Origin: Piedraia hortae CBS 480.64
Lineage: Eukaryota
Length of the DNA: 64,000 nt
Direction: 5' to 3'
Assembly: GCA_010093745.1 (NCBI GenBank)
Contig: MU006002.1
Coordinates: 1-64,000, forward strand
Shown: piece by piece, positions 22,586-33,450 of the stretch
How positions within the stretch are numbered: the stretch's first letter is position 1
How the letters are laid out: every line of letters starts with the position of its first letter
Notes under the pieces: model-generated
What the model saw: the letters and a program-made list of their open reading frames with translations, nothing else
Told to the model about the DNA's origin: nothing
Database searches by the model: none
Translations under genes and position numbers: made by a program

Positions 22586-25500
22586 ATGGCAGGCGGCAAG
22601 AAGAAAAAATCAAAGGCCGTAAACCCCAATAGAGGCTTCGCGACCACGTCGCTGCCCAAAGCCGCTCCTAAAGTCGAAGAGGTCAAGGAAGAGGCCACCA
22701 GCACAGAGACGTCAACGCCTGACACGGCCCCGACATCTGTCAGTGCCACAAACGGCAGCAGTGTAGCCGGTCATGCGCGGGAGCTAAACGAACTCAGTGC
22801 CGAAGAGCTCGAGGCGCAGCTGGAAGCGTCGGAATTGCAGCAATTTGTCGAACAACACGCAGCAAAGGTACAGAAGGAAACTAACCGGCTGGTCTCGCGG
22901 CTGAAGGCGGATAGACGCGTTTTGCGGAGCCAAGCCGAGCCTCTGCCAAACAACTGGATTAGCGATGAGCTGGTCCAGGAAATTATAGAACTTACGCTGG
23001 CAGAGGAAACTGCTACGAACACAGCCATAGAAGCCGATGCGCTGCCAAAGCTATGGATCCTATCTTCCTGTCTTCTAGAGCTCGGTATTTCGCAAGAGCG
23101 GGTCGACGAGGTGCTCCAGCATTCCCTTTGCTATCCTCCTATCGACTCATCGTCGACTACATGGAGTTTGAATGATGCATTGGACTGGCTCTCTTTGCGC
23201 TGTGATCTGGAAGAGCTGGGAGAATACGATGTGGAAAAACACGTCACTTTTGCCGAGGAAGCGGAGCCGGAGGAAGCGGAGCCTCCTCCAGCCAGTACCC
23301 CTCCGGAGGTCGTAGAGGTTTCAACGGAGGAAGAATCCGAGGTAAGCGATCTAGGAAGCGATCCAGAGCAGGAAGAGCTTCTGGGCGCGTACCTTCGCAC
23401 AAAAGCTAGGCTATTCAAAAAGGAAAGCGGATCAAGTAAGAAGAAGGGGGGTGTTCAAAAGAACCAGAGTGCTACCAGCAAGAAACTGGTGCAAAAAATA
23501 CGTCGAATCGAGTCTGACATGTTGTTTGACTTGCCGCATGCAGAGGCACAATGGTCGGCACAGCGAGCGGAGTTGATGAAAGAGGCAGCTGAACAGAAGA
23601 AAGAGGCAGCTGAACAGAAGAAAGAGGCAGCCGAACAGAAAAAGCTGGAGAATCAAAAGCTCAGCATCGAAAATACAAACGGCACTGCACCCAAAGAAGA
23701 GCAGTCAGAAGATGATGTGGAAATGCTGGGCGGGGTGTTTGAGTCGTTGCCCGGTCCGTCAAAGGCTGTCTCCGCCGACGACACACCCGTCACGGTCAGA
23801 GACTTTGGTCGATTGACGAGCATCGGTCCGAAGCGAGTTTTGGAAGAAACATGCAAGGCGAGGGACCCATCTGTAAAAATATCTTACAAACAAATAAGTC
23901 CGACGGTCTGGTCGTGTAGACACTCGGTGACAATCAGCTGGACCAGAGCAAGACCTCTAATAGGATCCGATTATCTTCCAAATGTTGAAATTCAGTCCAA
24001 GAATAACACCGTGACCATTTCAATGGTGCGTGAGGCTACACCTGATGTGGCCCAAAGCGAAGCATACATCGCCACTGTTGCTCTATATGTCCAGTTTGAC
24101 GGGTCGACAAAGGAGGGCAAAGCCCATCTGCGTCTCCCATCAGCGTTTCGCGGCCTCTGGGACGACTTGAACAAGAGTAAGCAGGAGCACCGCGATGCAA
24201 TGGATCGGGAGACCGTCAAAGCCTTGCGTCAGCTTATCGAGGAGAATAAACCCATGGACGACGATGATGATGAGGAGATTGTCTATACTCCAGCAAGTAG
24301 ATGGCGGAATGCGTCTGAAAGCGGTGCAGCTACTCCCGCCAGTGCTCCTGACATGCAGGACAGTAGCCACATTGCAGACAACATGAAGCAGATTTGGGCT
24401 AGGAAGTCGTCGACTCCGGCGTACAGGGACATGCTCCCAGGACGCATGAAACTGCCGATATACGACCAGAAGCAGGCTTTGATGGCTGCTATTGACCGCA
24501 ACCAGGTCACGATTTTGGTTAGCGAGACGGGGTCCGGGAAGAGTACCCAGCTGCCTGCTTATATTCTCGAGCATGAGCTGTCGCAGGGAAGGACATGTAA
24601 GGTCTACTGCACGGAACCGAGACGTATCAGTGCCATTTCTCTCGCCCAGCGGGTCAGCGAGGAGCTGGGCGAGGGTAGGAACGATCTCGGCACGATGAGG
24701 TCTCTGGTCGGATATGCCATCAGACTGGAATCAAAAGTAACGCCGTGGACGATGTTGGTATATGCCACAGTCGGCGTAGTGCTGCGTATGCTCGAGTCTT
24801 CGAACGGACTGGAGGATGTGACGCATTTGGTGGTTGATGAAGTTCACGAGAGAGGCATCGAAACAGACTTTTTGCTCATCATCCTGAGGTCGTTGATGCT
24901 CCGACGTCCGGAACTGAAAGTCGTCTTGATGAGTGCCACTGTAGACGCGCAGACATTCTCCAACTATCTCGGCGGAGCCCAAATCTTCAGCGTACCCGGA
25001 CGCATGTATCCAGTACAAGAATACTTCCTCGAAGACGCCATTGAAATGACCAATCACACCCCCGAAGACGGATCGGAAGAAACAGCCGACCAAGAACGCT
25101 CCGACACCGGCCAGCTAGTCGGCTATTCCAAACGCACAGTCGACATATTACAACACTACAACGAATTCGACTTCGACTACACTCTCATCACAAGCCTAGT
25201 CCACCGCATCGCCACCGACCCTCAACTCCACCAATACAGCAACGCCATCCTAATATTCTGCCCCGGCATCGCCGAAATCAAACGTCTCTACAACATGTTC
25301 ACCACCGACCGCGCTCCCCCCGGGTCCTGGCGCGTCCACGCCCTCCACTCCACATTCTCAACCCAGGACCAACAATCCACCTTCTCCCTCCCCCCCGCAG
25401 GCACCCGCAAACTAATCCTCGCAACCAACATCGCCGAAACAGGCATCACAATACCGGACATAACCTGCGTCATCGACAGCGGAAAGCACAAAGAAATGCG

Positions 25501-26737
25501 CTACGACGAGCGGCGCCAGCTCTCCCGCCTCATAACATCCTTCATCGCGCGCGCAAATTCCAAACAACGCCGCGGCCGTGCCGGTCGCGTCCAACCAGGT
25601 CTCTGTATCCACCTCTTCACCAAACACCGCCACGACACCCTCCTCCCTGAATCCCCAATCCCGGAAATGCTCCGTCTCTCCCTCCAGGACCTCGTTATGA
25701 GAGTAAAAATCAACAAGCTAGGCTCAATCGAGGACGTATTCTCCCAGGCGTTAGACCCGCCCACGAACAAAAACGTCCGCCGCGCAATCGACGCGTTGAT
25801 CGAAGTCGACGCTTTGACATCCTCTGAGGAGCTCACCCCGCTAGGACGACAACTCGCCCGCCTCCCCGTCGACGCGCAGGTAGGGAAGTTAATCCTCCTA
25901 GGCACGATCCTCAGCTGCGCGGACTTTGCGGTCACGTGTGCTGCGATCCTAAGCTCAAAGGCGCCGTTCGTAACGCCGATGCATGAGAAACAGCGCGCCG
26001 AGGCTGCCCGGCTAGCCTTCCGGCGGGGGGACTCGGATTTATTAACTGCGTATACTGCGTACCTTGCGTGGAGGAAGGCATGTCAAACCCCCGGGGTGTC
26101 GGAGATAGCGTTCTGCAGGAGGAATTTTCTCTCACCCCAGAATTTATCCGCGATTGAAGATCTAAAACACCAACTCCTGAATACACTGGTGATGAATGAA
26201 CTCATCACCGGCCCCCGACAGCGAAGCAGCAAGAGGTTCGTGGACGTCCCAGGGGAGTATGCACGTAACGATGGGAACGATGCCGTGATTCAGGCCGTGG
26301 TCACCTGGGCTTTTTATCCTAAGATTGCGAGAAGGGAAGGGAATGGATGGAGGAGTCTGGGGGGAGGGCAGATGGTAGGCATGCATCCGCATTCGGTTAA
26401 TAGGAATGCTGGCGCGGTGAGACTGGTGACGTTTTATGGGGTTATGCAAGGGACAGGGAGGAGGGTTCATGCTCTGGAGACAACGGGTGTTAATGAGGTT
26501 GGTTTGGTGGTTATGGGGGGGAGTGCGGTTTGTCATGCTTACGCGGGGGTTGTGGTGCTTGATGGGAATAGGGTGAGGTACAAGGTGAGGGAGTGGAGGG
26601 GGTTGATTGTGATCAAGGTGCTGAGGATGAGGGTTAGGGAGGTGATTGGGATGGTGTGTAAGGGTAAGAAGTTGACACAGAGGCAGGAAAGGTGGTTAGG
26701 GGTGGTGGGGAGGGTGTTGGAAGGTGCAGGAGGGTAG
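22586..26737 (+). CDS. DEAH-box RNA helicase, DHX29/DHX57-like
   Basis: GSGKST, DEVHER, SAT, TNIAETGITIPD, QRRGRAGRV and HA2 region; N-terminus MAGGKKKKSKAVNPNRGFATTS. Confidence 0.93.
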   Translation: MAGGKKKKSKAVNPNRGFATTSLPKAAPKVEEVKEEATSTETSTPDTAPTSVSATNGSSVAGHARELNELSAEELEAQLEASELQQFVEQHAAKVQKETNRLVSRLKADRRVLRSQAEPLPNNWISDELVQEIIELTLAEETATNTAIEADALPKLWILSSCLLELGISQERVDEVLQHSLCYPPIDSSSTTWSLNDALDWLSLRCDLEELGEYDVEKHVTFAEEAEPEEAEPPPASTPPEVVEVSTEEESEVSDLGSDPEQEELLGAYLRTKARLFKKESGSSKKKGGVQKNQSATSKKLVQKIRRIESDMLFDLPHAEAQWSAQRAELMKEAAEQKKEAAEQKKEAAEQKKLENQKLSIENTNGTAPKEEQSEDDVEMLGGVFESLPGPSKAVSADDTPVTVRDFGRLTSIGPKRVLEETCKARDPSVKISYKQISPTVWSCRHSVTISWTRARPLIGSDYLPNVEIQSKNNTVTISMVREATPDVAQSEAYIATVALYVQFDGSTKEGKAHLRLPSAFRGLWDDLNKSKQEHRDAMDRETVKALRQLIEENKPMDDDDDEEIVYTPASRWRNASESGAATPASAPDMQDSSHIADNMKQIWARKSSTPAYRDMLPGRMKLPIYDQKQALMAAIDRNQVTILVSETGSGKSTQLPAYILEHELSQGRTCKVYCTEPRRISAISLAQRVSEELGEGRNDLGTMRSLVGYAIRLESKVTPWTMLVYATVGVVLRMLESSNGLEDVTHLVVDEVHERGIETDFLLIILRSLMLRRPELKVVLMSATVDAQTFSNYLGGAQIFSVPGRMYPVQEYFLEDAIEMTNHTPEDGSEETADQERSDTGQLVGYSKRTVDILQHYNEFDFDYTLITSLVHRIATDPQLHQYSNAILIFCPGIAEIKRLYNMFTTDRAPPGSWRVHALHSTFSTQDQQSTFSLPPAGTRKLILATNIAETGITIPDITCVIDSGKHKEMRYDERRQLSRLITSFIARANSKQRRGRAGRVQPGLCIHLFTKHRHDTLLPESPIPEMLRLSLQDLVMRVKINKLGSIEDVFSQALDPPTNKNVRRAIDALIEVDALTSSEELTPLGRQLARLPVDAQVGKLILLGTILSCADFAVTCAAILSSKAPFVTPMHEKQRAEAARLAFRRGDSDLLTAYTAYLAWRKACQTPGVSEIAFCRRNFLSPQNLSAIEDLKHQLLNTLVMNELITGPRQRSSKRFVDVPGEYARNDGNDAVIQAVVTWAFYPKIARREGNGWRSLGGGQMVGMHPHSVNRNAGAVRLVTFYGVMQGTGRRVHALETTGVNEVGLVVMGGSAVCHAYAGVVVLDGNRVRYKVREWRGLIVIKVLRMRVREVIGMVCKGKKLTQRQERWLGVVGRVLEGAGG
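23580..23642 (+). repeat. 21-bp coding tandem repeat x3 (EAAEQKK)
   Basis: AAGAGGCAGCTGAACAGAAGA repeated three times with one or two mismatches. Confidence 0.9.
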
Positions 26738-26953
26738 ACTGGGAAGACAAGTAGATTCTTATCGACAAGATTCATTTCGTTATCATCAAGGGGATGCTCC
26801 ATTCATCATCGAATCCCTCAAGGGTTCATACCCATCATTCTCATTAGAGATTCAAGGCTAATACCCAGCCAACCACCCAAACTTTCTCACCTTCCTGTTC
26901 TCATTAGCATTCACTCCAATTCTTAATTTTTTTATTTTTTTTTTTTCAAATAC

Positions 26954-27664
26954 TCACACCCTCGCCCCTGTGCCCACCAAAACCCCCACACCCAGCAACA
27001 AATAAACCCAAGCCCTCAGTCCTAACACCTTAAACCCATACGCTGTCCCCGAAGCCGCACAAACTGTCACCACCATCAATGCTAACGTAACATACCCCCC
27101 GAGCCGATGGTACTTATAAACCGCCTTCCCCCTCTCCACTCCCCCTAACACCCACGGAGCATAAAACTGCAGTACACCAAACAAAACCTGAATCACCAAG
27201 AAGAGGTAGGTAATAAACCCCAACACAGCATGCGGCGAATCGAAATGCGTCCCCCCATGTGAGAATTTGTTATATTCAATCACACCCAATCCGCCCAATG
27301 CAAGTAACGTGCTCATCGCCATAAAAACCGCATGGAAGTTCGTCCCAGAGAGTTTCTGCTCAGCGGTATGCGTAGGCTGGAGGAGCAGAACCCCGTTGAG
27401 GAGGAGGAGGACGGAGGTCGTATTGACCAACTGAATCAAGAAATGGGGGTGGTTAGTTAACGTGAGAATGGATTGGAGACTCTTTGATAACACATACCGG
27501 ATGCGCAGAAAAAAGGATCACATCGTGGGTGAAGATTGCGCCCCAGGTATATGCCACGATCTGTGACCATTAGGGAGGATTCTGAATGGATAAGCAAGGG
27601 GGGGCAGGACGAGTAGAGCACTTATCTGAGCGATGATTCCCGTGCCTGAGAGGGTTAATATCAT
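26954..27664 (-). CDS. Cytochrome b561 domain membrane protein, 1 intron
   Basis: LFSAHP|LVNT across a GTATGT...CAG intron; conserved His in NFHAV, HFDSPHAVLG and YKYHRLGGY. Confidence 0.85.
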
Positions 27665-28138
27665 TGTTGATGAGATTGGGTGGAATCTACCGAGGATGAG
27701 ATTGTAATACAGCGGGGCGTCGTGCTGCGTTGCGTCGCCTGGCCACATTGTCAATTCACCGTGCGGGGGAGGGGCGGGGGATGTGACGGGAACATACCAG
27801 GTCGGCCGAGTAATGGCTCCTCCAACTGCGACGACTCTGAACCTTGGGACATTTTCGCTCTGACTTGACTTTCCCCGCGGGATGGATATGGGTGGATAGA
27901 TTAGATGACTAAGCTACAGCTACGTACGACGGTGGTCTACATGAGGCCGTTGGGGTGTGGCTGCGACGGATGATGCACGCACGGCCCGAGCCTCGCTAGC
28001 GTCAAACACGGCTGAGATCGAACGCTGTAACGGCTCGATCCCTACTCTTCTTCTTTTTTAAATGATCTGTCCCGCGGGCTGCTGACGCAAGGGTTTTGCT
28101 GTTTTTTTTTTTGGGGGGGGGAAGGGAAACGTATTGCG

Positions 28139-29878
28139 ATGGAAGAGAAGAAGCGCGACAGCAAGTTTACGTCTCCCGACGCGTTACTGCTGTCTACAAC
28201 AACGACGTCATCAGCAGGGGAGGTGAATCTCGAAGATCTCGCGTCGGATAAGATTTCGTTTTCGCAGCGGGGAAGTTTGTTATTCGGGGGGAGGCGGATG
28301 AAGGATTTGATGGCCAAGATGGAGGATATGTATGGGAAAGAACCCGGTCCGCCGGAGGAGGTGAAGAGGGTTCGAAGGAAGAGGAGTGTGGAGATGTTGC
28401 AGGCTGCGTTGGAAGGGAGGAGGGTTCTCTCCGCAGAGGAAATTAGTCTTTCCATTAAGGTGAGGAGCATGTATGATGGGCAGCAGCAGCAGGCGGAGGA
28501 GAGTGTTGCTGCGCCCAGTCCGCCGGTTTCGAGGAATGCGTCGATTAACACGTATGGGATTGAGGATTGGGAGGATGTGGAAGGTCAGGATGTTGATCGG
28601 TATGGGTTTATAAAACCGAATAGGACAGGGACGAACTCGACGAGACAGAGCCAGGGGATCCCGAGGGTTGCGACGGAGATCAGTCTCGAGGCGGAACAGC
28701 CGCGTCGCGCGAGAAAGATTGGGAGGGAGACGGCTAGGAAGAGGTATTCGAGGTCGTTGACGCCGGCAATGGCGGACCAGGATGGGTCTAACAGCGTATA
28801 CTCGGATCGACGGAGATCGTTTACCACTCCGTTCTCTTCTGCGAGACAACGAACGCTCGCGGATGCAGCGAATATGCTCAGTCTCCCGCCCGGCTACGAC
28901 GATGCAAGCGAAAGTGGATTGACGGTATCGGAACAGCGCAGAAGACGCGAATGGGCGCGCGATCAGAAGTGGCAGAAAATGGCAAAGAGCGTGGCCACCT
29001 CGTCTGCTGATACCAAAGGAGGCGGGATGCACTTTGAATTCGACACCAGAGACTCCAAAGTCATCAACCGTACGTGGAAAGGGATCCCCGATCGATGGCG
29101 TGCAACTGCTTGGCACAGTTTCCTCAGCGCCAGTGCAAAACGAAGGGGAAATACAGTCTCCGATGTGACCCTCATCAGCATCTACCACCAACTCCAAGAG
29201 GCCAGCTGCGCCGATGACGTGCAGATTGATATCGACGTCCCGCGCACGATCAACATGCACGTCATGTTCAGACGACGGTATCGCGGTGGGCAGAGGCTAC
29301 TCTTCCGCGTCTTACACGCTATAGCGCTGTACTTTCCGTCTCCGGGCTACGTCCAGGGCATGGCATCCATTGCGGCCACCTTGCTAGGCTACTTTAACGA
29401 GGAAGAAACCTTTATCATGATGGTCCGCCTTTGGGAGCTTCGCGGGATGAGGGAGCTTTTCATGCTAGAGTCGGACGGTCTCTTGGCCGCTCTACAGCAG
29501 TTTGAAAACGAATGGCTCCGGGACGGCGATGTGAGTCGAAAACTCGCCGAGTTGAGTATTCCCACCACTGCGTTTGGGACCAGGTGGTATTTGACATTGT
29601 TCAATCTGAGCGTGCCGTTCCAGGCGCAGCTGCGCATCTGGGATGTGTTTATGCTGCTTGGCGATGCCCCCGATGATCGCGGTCCGTTTGGCGGTGCTGA
29701 TCTGGACATCTTACATGCTACGAGTGCGGCTTTGCTGGATGCGGTCAGGGGTATTCTCCTGGATGCTGACTTCGAGACGGCGATGAAGGTTGTGACTTCG
29801 TTTATTCCGGTCAGGGACGATGATGTGCTTATGAGGGTTGTCAGGACAGAGTGGAAGGTGAAGAAGAGGAGGGGCTAG
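28139..29878 (+). CDS. TBC-domain Rab GTPase-activating protein
   Basis: WKGIPDRWRATAW, IDIDVPRT (R finger), GYVQGM (Q finger), LRIWDVF. Confidence 0.92.
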   Translation: MEEKKRDSKFTSPDALLLSTTTTSSAGEVNLEDLASDKISFSQRGSLLFGGRRMKDLMAKMEDMYGKEPGPPEEVKRVRRKRSVEMLQAALEGRRVLSAEEISLSIKVRSMYDGQQQQAEESVAAPSPPVSRNASINTYGIEDWEDVEGQDVDRYGFIKPNRTGTNSTRQSQGIPRVATEISLEAEQPRRARKIGRETARKRYSRSLTPAMADQDGSNSVYSDRRRSFTTPFSSARQRTLADAANMLSLPPGYDDASESGLTVSEQRRRREWARDQKWQKMAKSVATSSADTKGGGMHFEFDTRDSKVINRTWKGIPDRWRATAWHSFLSASAKRRGNTVSDVTLISIYHQLQEASCADDVQIDIDVPRTINMHVMFRRRYRGGQRLLFRVLHAIALYFPSPGYVQGMASIAATLLGYFNEEETFIMMVRLWELRGMRELFMLESDGLLAALQQFENEWLRDGDVSRKLAELSIPTTAFGTRWYLTLFNLSVPFQAQLRIWDVFMLLGDAPDDRGPFGGADLDILHATSAALLDAVRGILLDADFETAMKVVTSFIPVRDDDVLMRVVRTEWKVKKRRG

Positions 29879-30507
29879 GCAGAGAAGATGATCAAAGATA
29901 TGAGGTTGAGCAGGCGGGTTACTTTTGTCCTAATCATGATACCCAGCAGTTTCCTATTAATGTTTATACCGATTGTGTCTTCAAGGCTGGCTCTCTTGCC
30001 TGCGCAGATTAAAGTACCAACGGGATTCTCTACTCATAATGACTGTTGGCGGGCATTACCTTATGCATGTCAGGCCTCCTATGGTCTTCAATCGTCCCAA
30101 CGACCTGGTTGACGGGTTGACACATGCTCTAATTTTTTCTACCTGTCGGTCTGACTTCACGTAAATGACAGAGTGGCCCGTGTCTGGACTCGGCCCGTTT
30201 CCCATCATTCCGACGTCCTCACTTTGTCGTCTCCCTCTACCGCACCTCTACTGCGCCTCTGCTGCATGAAGCCTGACGCTGAACTCACCCGAGGCTGAAA
30301 TCCCAATTGCATGACTACCCGTTTCAGGATGCATCAGCGTTTTGGCCCAAATGGCCGGCCGTTGTCGGACGTTGGAGAGCCGGGAAAGAAGCAAAACGGT
30401 CCCCAGCCAGCCAGTTTTTACCAAGTGGAAAATAGTTTCACATTTCTTTCTCTTGACATCTCTGAAAACAGTTTCCCATATCTTGATTCCTCTCCAACTC
30501 TTCTGAA

Positions 30508-31290
30508 ATGCCCACCTATCTCGTCCACGGCTTCCGCTGGCCTCGGGCGCTGATTCGCATTCACATCATCCTGCAGAACCTGGACGACGCGGCAGCCGAA
30601 TGGCTCGTCGCACCGGACACAACGCGCACGCTTCTGCACAACTTCCAGGAATTGCTTCCCAACCATGTAAAATCCCTGCCGAGTCTGAGATTTGTGGAGC
30701 AGTACGACGCCGACGACGACAACGCCGTGTCGCAACCGTTTGCGTACGTGGCCGGTCTGTGCGAGGAGCTTCGTCTCGGCATCTCGCTCGAGGAGACCGT
30801 CGCCATGCAGCTGGAGCCGGAGCGGCTAAACGCCATCTCAGCGCTCAGGGACCGGCTGGCTCCGGACGAAAAAGTAGGCTGGTTTGTTGTCGTCTGCGGC
30901 GACGAGGAGAGATGGGCTCCGCCTACACTTGCTCAACTCGAGGCCGCTGGGCCGCTGCCTGTGCAAACCCGAATGCAAACGCCTGACCGTCAGCTCTGGA
31001 CTCCAGACACCTCGTCGCCAGTGAGCACATCAGAGCCCAGCGGGTTCCGCAAGTTCCTCGGCCTTACCCGACGGAAGAGCAGGCCAAACCTCACTGCCAT
31101 TGACTCAGCCAACCAATCCCAAGTCAGTCTCGCCGAGCGTCCCAAGAGTAGGAGACGAAGCTTGTCCCGACCTCGCAGCTCCTCCAAATCCGCCCCAAAG
31201 ACAGAAGTTCCTCCAATCCCGCCCTTGCCTCTTCCCCAGCAGGGGCACCCGCAGCAGGGATATCCACAAGGCCCGCAAGGGAACGCCTGA
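30508..31290 (+). CDS. FlbE-like developmental regulator family protein (frame continues past TGA to 32031)
   Basis: MPTYLVHGFRWPR..IRIHIILQNLDDAAAEW, LRFVEQYD, SQPFAYVA and GWFVVVCGDEER match the FlbE family. Confidence 0.75.
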   Translation: MPTYLVHGFRWPRALIRIHIILQNLDDAAAEWLVAPDTTRTLLHNFQELLPNHVKSLPSLRFVEQYDADDDNAVSQPFAYVAGLCEELRLGISLEETVAMQLEPERLNAISALRDRLAPDEKVGWFVVVCGDEERWAPPTLAQLEAAGPLPVQTRMQTPDRQLWTPDTSSPVSTSEPSGFRKFLGLTRRKSRPNLTAIDSANQSQVSLAERPKSRRRSLSRPRSSSKSAPKTEVPPIPPLPLPQQGHPQQGYPQGPQGNA

Positions 31291-32324
31291 CAGTTACAGC
31301 CGCCGGGCGGCCCGCAACACCATCCGCACGAGCAGAAGCGGCTCGTCAGCGACGTGCGTCGTCAACAGGCGCACGCGAGGCCCTACCATCCTCACGATAG
31401 CAACGTCCCGGCGTTTTCCAACTCGCCGCGTCCGTCCATGAGCGCGCAGGCGAGGCCTTCCATGAGTCCCCGACCCTCCTTCAGCGCACCAAGAACGTCA
31501 TTGAGCTTACGTTCAGGCTCTCCGTTGTGCAGGGAGATGGTGTACCGAGACGGCGACGAAGGCCATCGTCTCTCCAAGAGCTATGACGACGCGGATAGAC
31601 ATCGACAGGTCACCCTTGCCGCGCTGCAGTCGCGGAGTCCGCCGCCCGCGGCACTAGTCCCTCCCGATGATCCGGGCAGGGAGCGCAGCAGAGTTAGATC
31701 TCTGGAGCGGAGGAGTAAAAACGTGGAAAATACCAATGCTATGGCAGGGGTAAGGCGATGGAACAACAACAGTAACAGCAGCATCGGGGGCGGCCTAGGG
31801 GCGGGTGGACCAGGCGAAGTGACTTCCGTCCCCGAAGACGACGAAGAAGTCGAGGTTATATCAATCGCCCCCGCATCACGCGAACCGCTCACCTCGGCGA
31901 GGGTATCAAGAAACTCCCTAAGAGTAAGCGGCAGTTTTCTGACGTCCGATCCGAAGAAGTATTTCGGTCAGAGGATCAATGCGGATGATCTGATTGCCAC
32001 GGGGCTGGAGAATGCGTTTGAGAGGTTGTAATATCACCGTAGTATGTAATTTGGATAGAAGTAGAGTCCGCGGGCGGGTCTACATGTCCACCGGGATGTC
32101 ATCCACGAGGTTACGTTTATCCCATTGCCCGATGGCCGTGGAATTTGGCGTGGGGCCCGTGTGACATAAGCTCCACGGCCATCGGGCGATGATATTCTAA
32201 ATGTATGCAGTGGGGGAAGAAGCGGGGCATCAGCCGGGTGGGGGGGGGGGGGGGGGGGGGCACCACAACAAGATTGACAACCACCCCAAGGATAGTTTAA
32301 CCCCAAGGAACCCCAGGGATAACA

Positions 32325-33239
32325 ATGCCCAACCCCCAAGTCCTAATTCCCAAACTCCGCATCCAACTCAAACTGTCCATCTCGCGCCTCCGCCTCTTAC
32401 AATCGAAACTAACAGCCCTCTCAAAATCCGACCGTCGCGACCTCGCGACTCTACTCGAAAGTGGGAAGGTATCCTCCGCGCGAATCCGTGTTGAGAAAGT
32501 CATTGCCTCGGATGTATATATTGAGGCGTTAGAGATGCTGGAACTGTACTGCGAGCTCCTCCTCGCGCGGATGGGTGTTTTTGAACTTGAACTTAATCAG
32601 TCCAAATCAGCACCACAAACATCAAACTCAAAATTAGGGCAAGCAGCGTCGAACTCGAAGACAGCCTCAAAATCAGGACAAACATCCTCAGCCTCAACAC
32701 AAAAACCCTCCAACCCAGGATCAGGATCGACCCCAATCTCAGGATCAAACCAAGTCTCGACATCCTCGAACTTGGGTTCACCCGAATCCCACTCCCCCTC
32801 TCCTCCCTCCAATGAAGAAACTCCTTTAGACGAATCGGCCCTATACGAATCCATCTCAACCATCATCTACGCCTCTCCGCGGGTTGAATGCAAAGAACTT
32901 TTGCTAGCACGGAATATCCTCGCGGAACTGTGGGGGAAGGAACGCACGAAAGCTGCATCCGAAGGGGTGGGCGTTTCAGAGAAGTTGCTGAGGAAGTTGA
33001 AGGTTGAGACGCCCACACGGGAGCTGGTGGAGGGGTATTTAAATGCCATTGGGGGAGCGTATGGCGTTCAGGGGTATGGGGATCATGGAGGCAAGGATAT
33101 AGAGGGAGAGGGGCCGGTAGAAGTGTCTGTCCCGCAATTGAAGACTGATGATGTTGAGTCGAAGATCAAAGAGGATAAACTAGGCAGAATCCCGGATGCG
33201 GATGAGCTTGCGGCTAGGTTTGCGATGTTGAAGCGTTAA
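32325..33239 (+). CDS. IST1: ESCRT-III-associated IST1
   Basis: KLRIQLKLSISRLRLLQ, SARIRVE, EMLELYCELLLAR and C-terminal DELAARFAMLKR. Confidence 0.92.
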   Translation: MPNPQVLIPKLRIQLKLSISRLRLLQSKLTALSKSDRRDLATLLESGKVSSARIRVEKVIASDVYIEALEMLELYCELLLARMGVFELELNQSKSAPQTSNSKLGQAASNSKTASKSGQTSSASTQKPSNPGSGSTPISGSNQVSTSSNLGSPESHSPSPPSNEETPLDESALYESISTIIYASPRVECKELLLARNILAELWGKERTKAASEGVGVSEKLLRKLKVETPTRELVEGYLNAIGGAYGVQGYGDHGGKDIEGEGPVEVSVPQLKTDDVESKIKEDKLGRIPDADELAARFAMLKR

Positions 33240-33368
33240 ACCACATCCGTTCCCGAATACATCAAGCAGGGAAAGAAAATGCTTGACATGCATACCATGA
33301 CCCCCTAACCACTACTTCTACTACTACTACTACTACTACTACTCAAAGGTAACCCTAGCCCCCCAAGG

Positions 33369-33450
33369 TATCATCCAACCCCCTCCTCATCCTCGTAACG
33401 TATCATCCAACCCCTTCCTCATCCTCGTAACGTATCATCCAACCCCCTCC
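33369..33450. repeat. 32-bp tandem repeat (about 2.5 copies) duplicating the end of the adjacent CDS
   Basis: TATCATCCAACCCC(C/T)TCCTCATCCTCGTAACG repeated. Confidence 0.85.
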
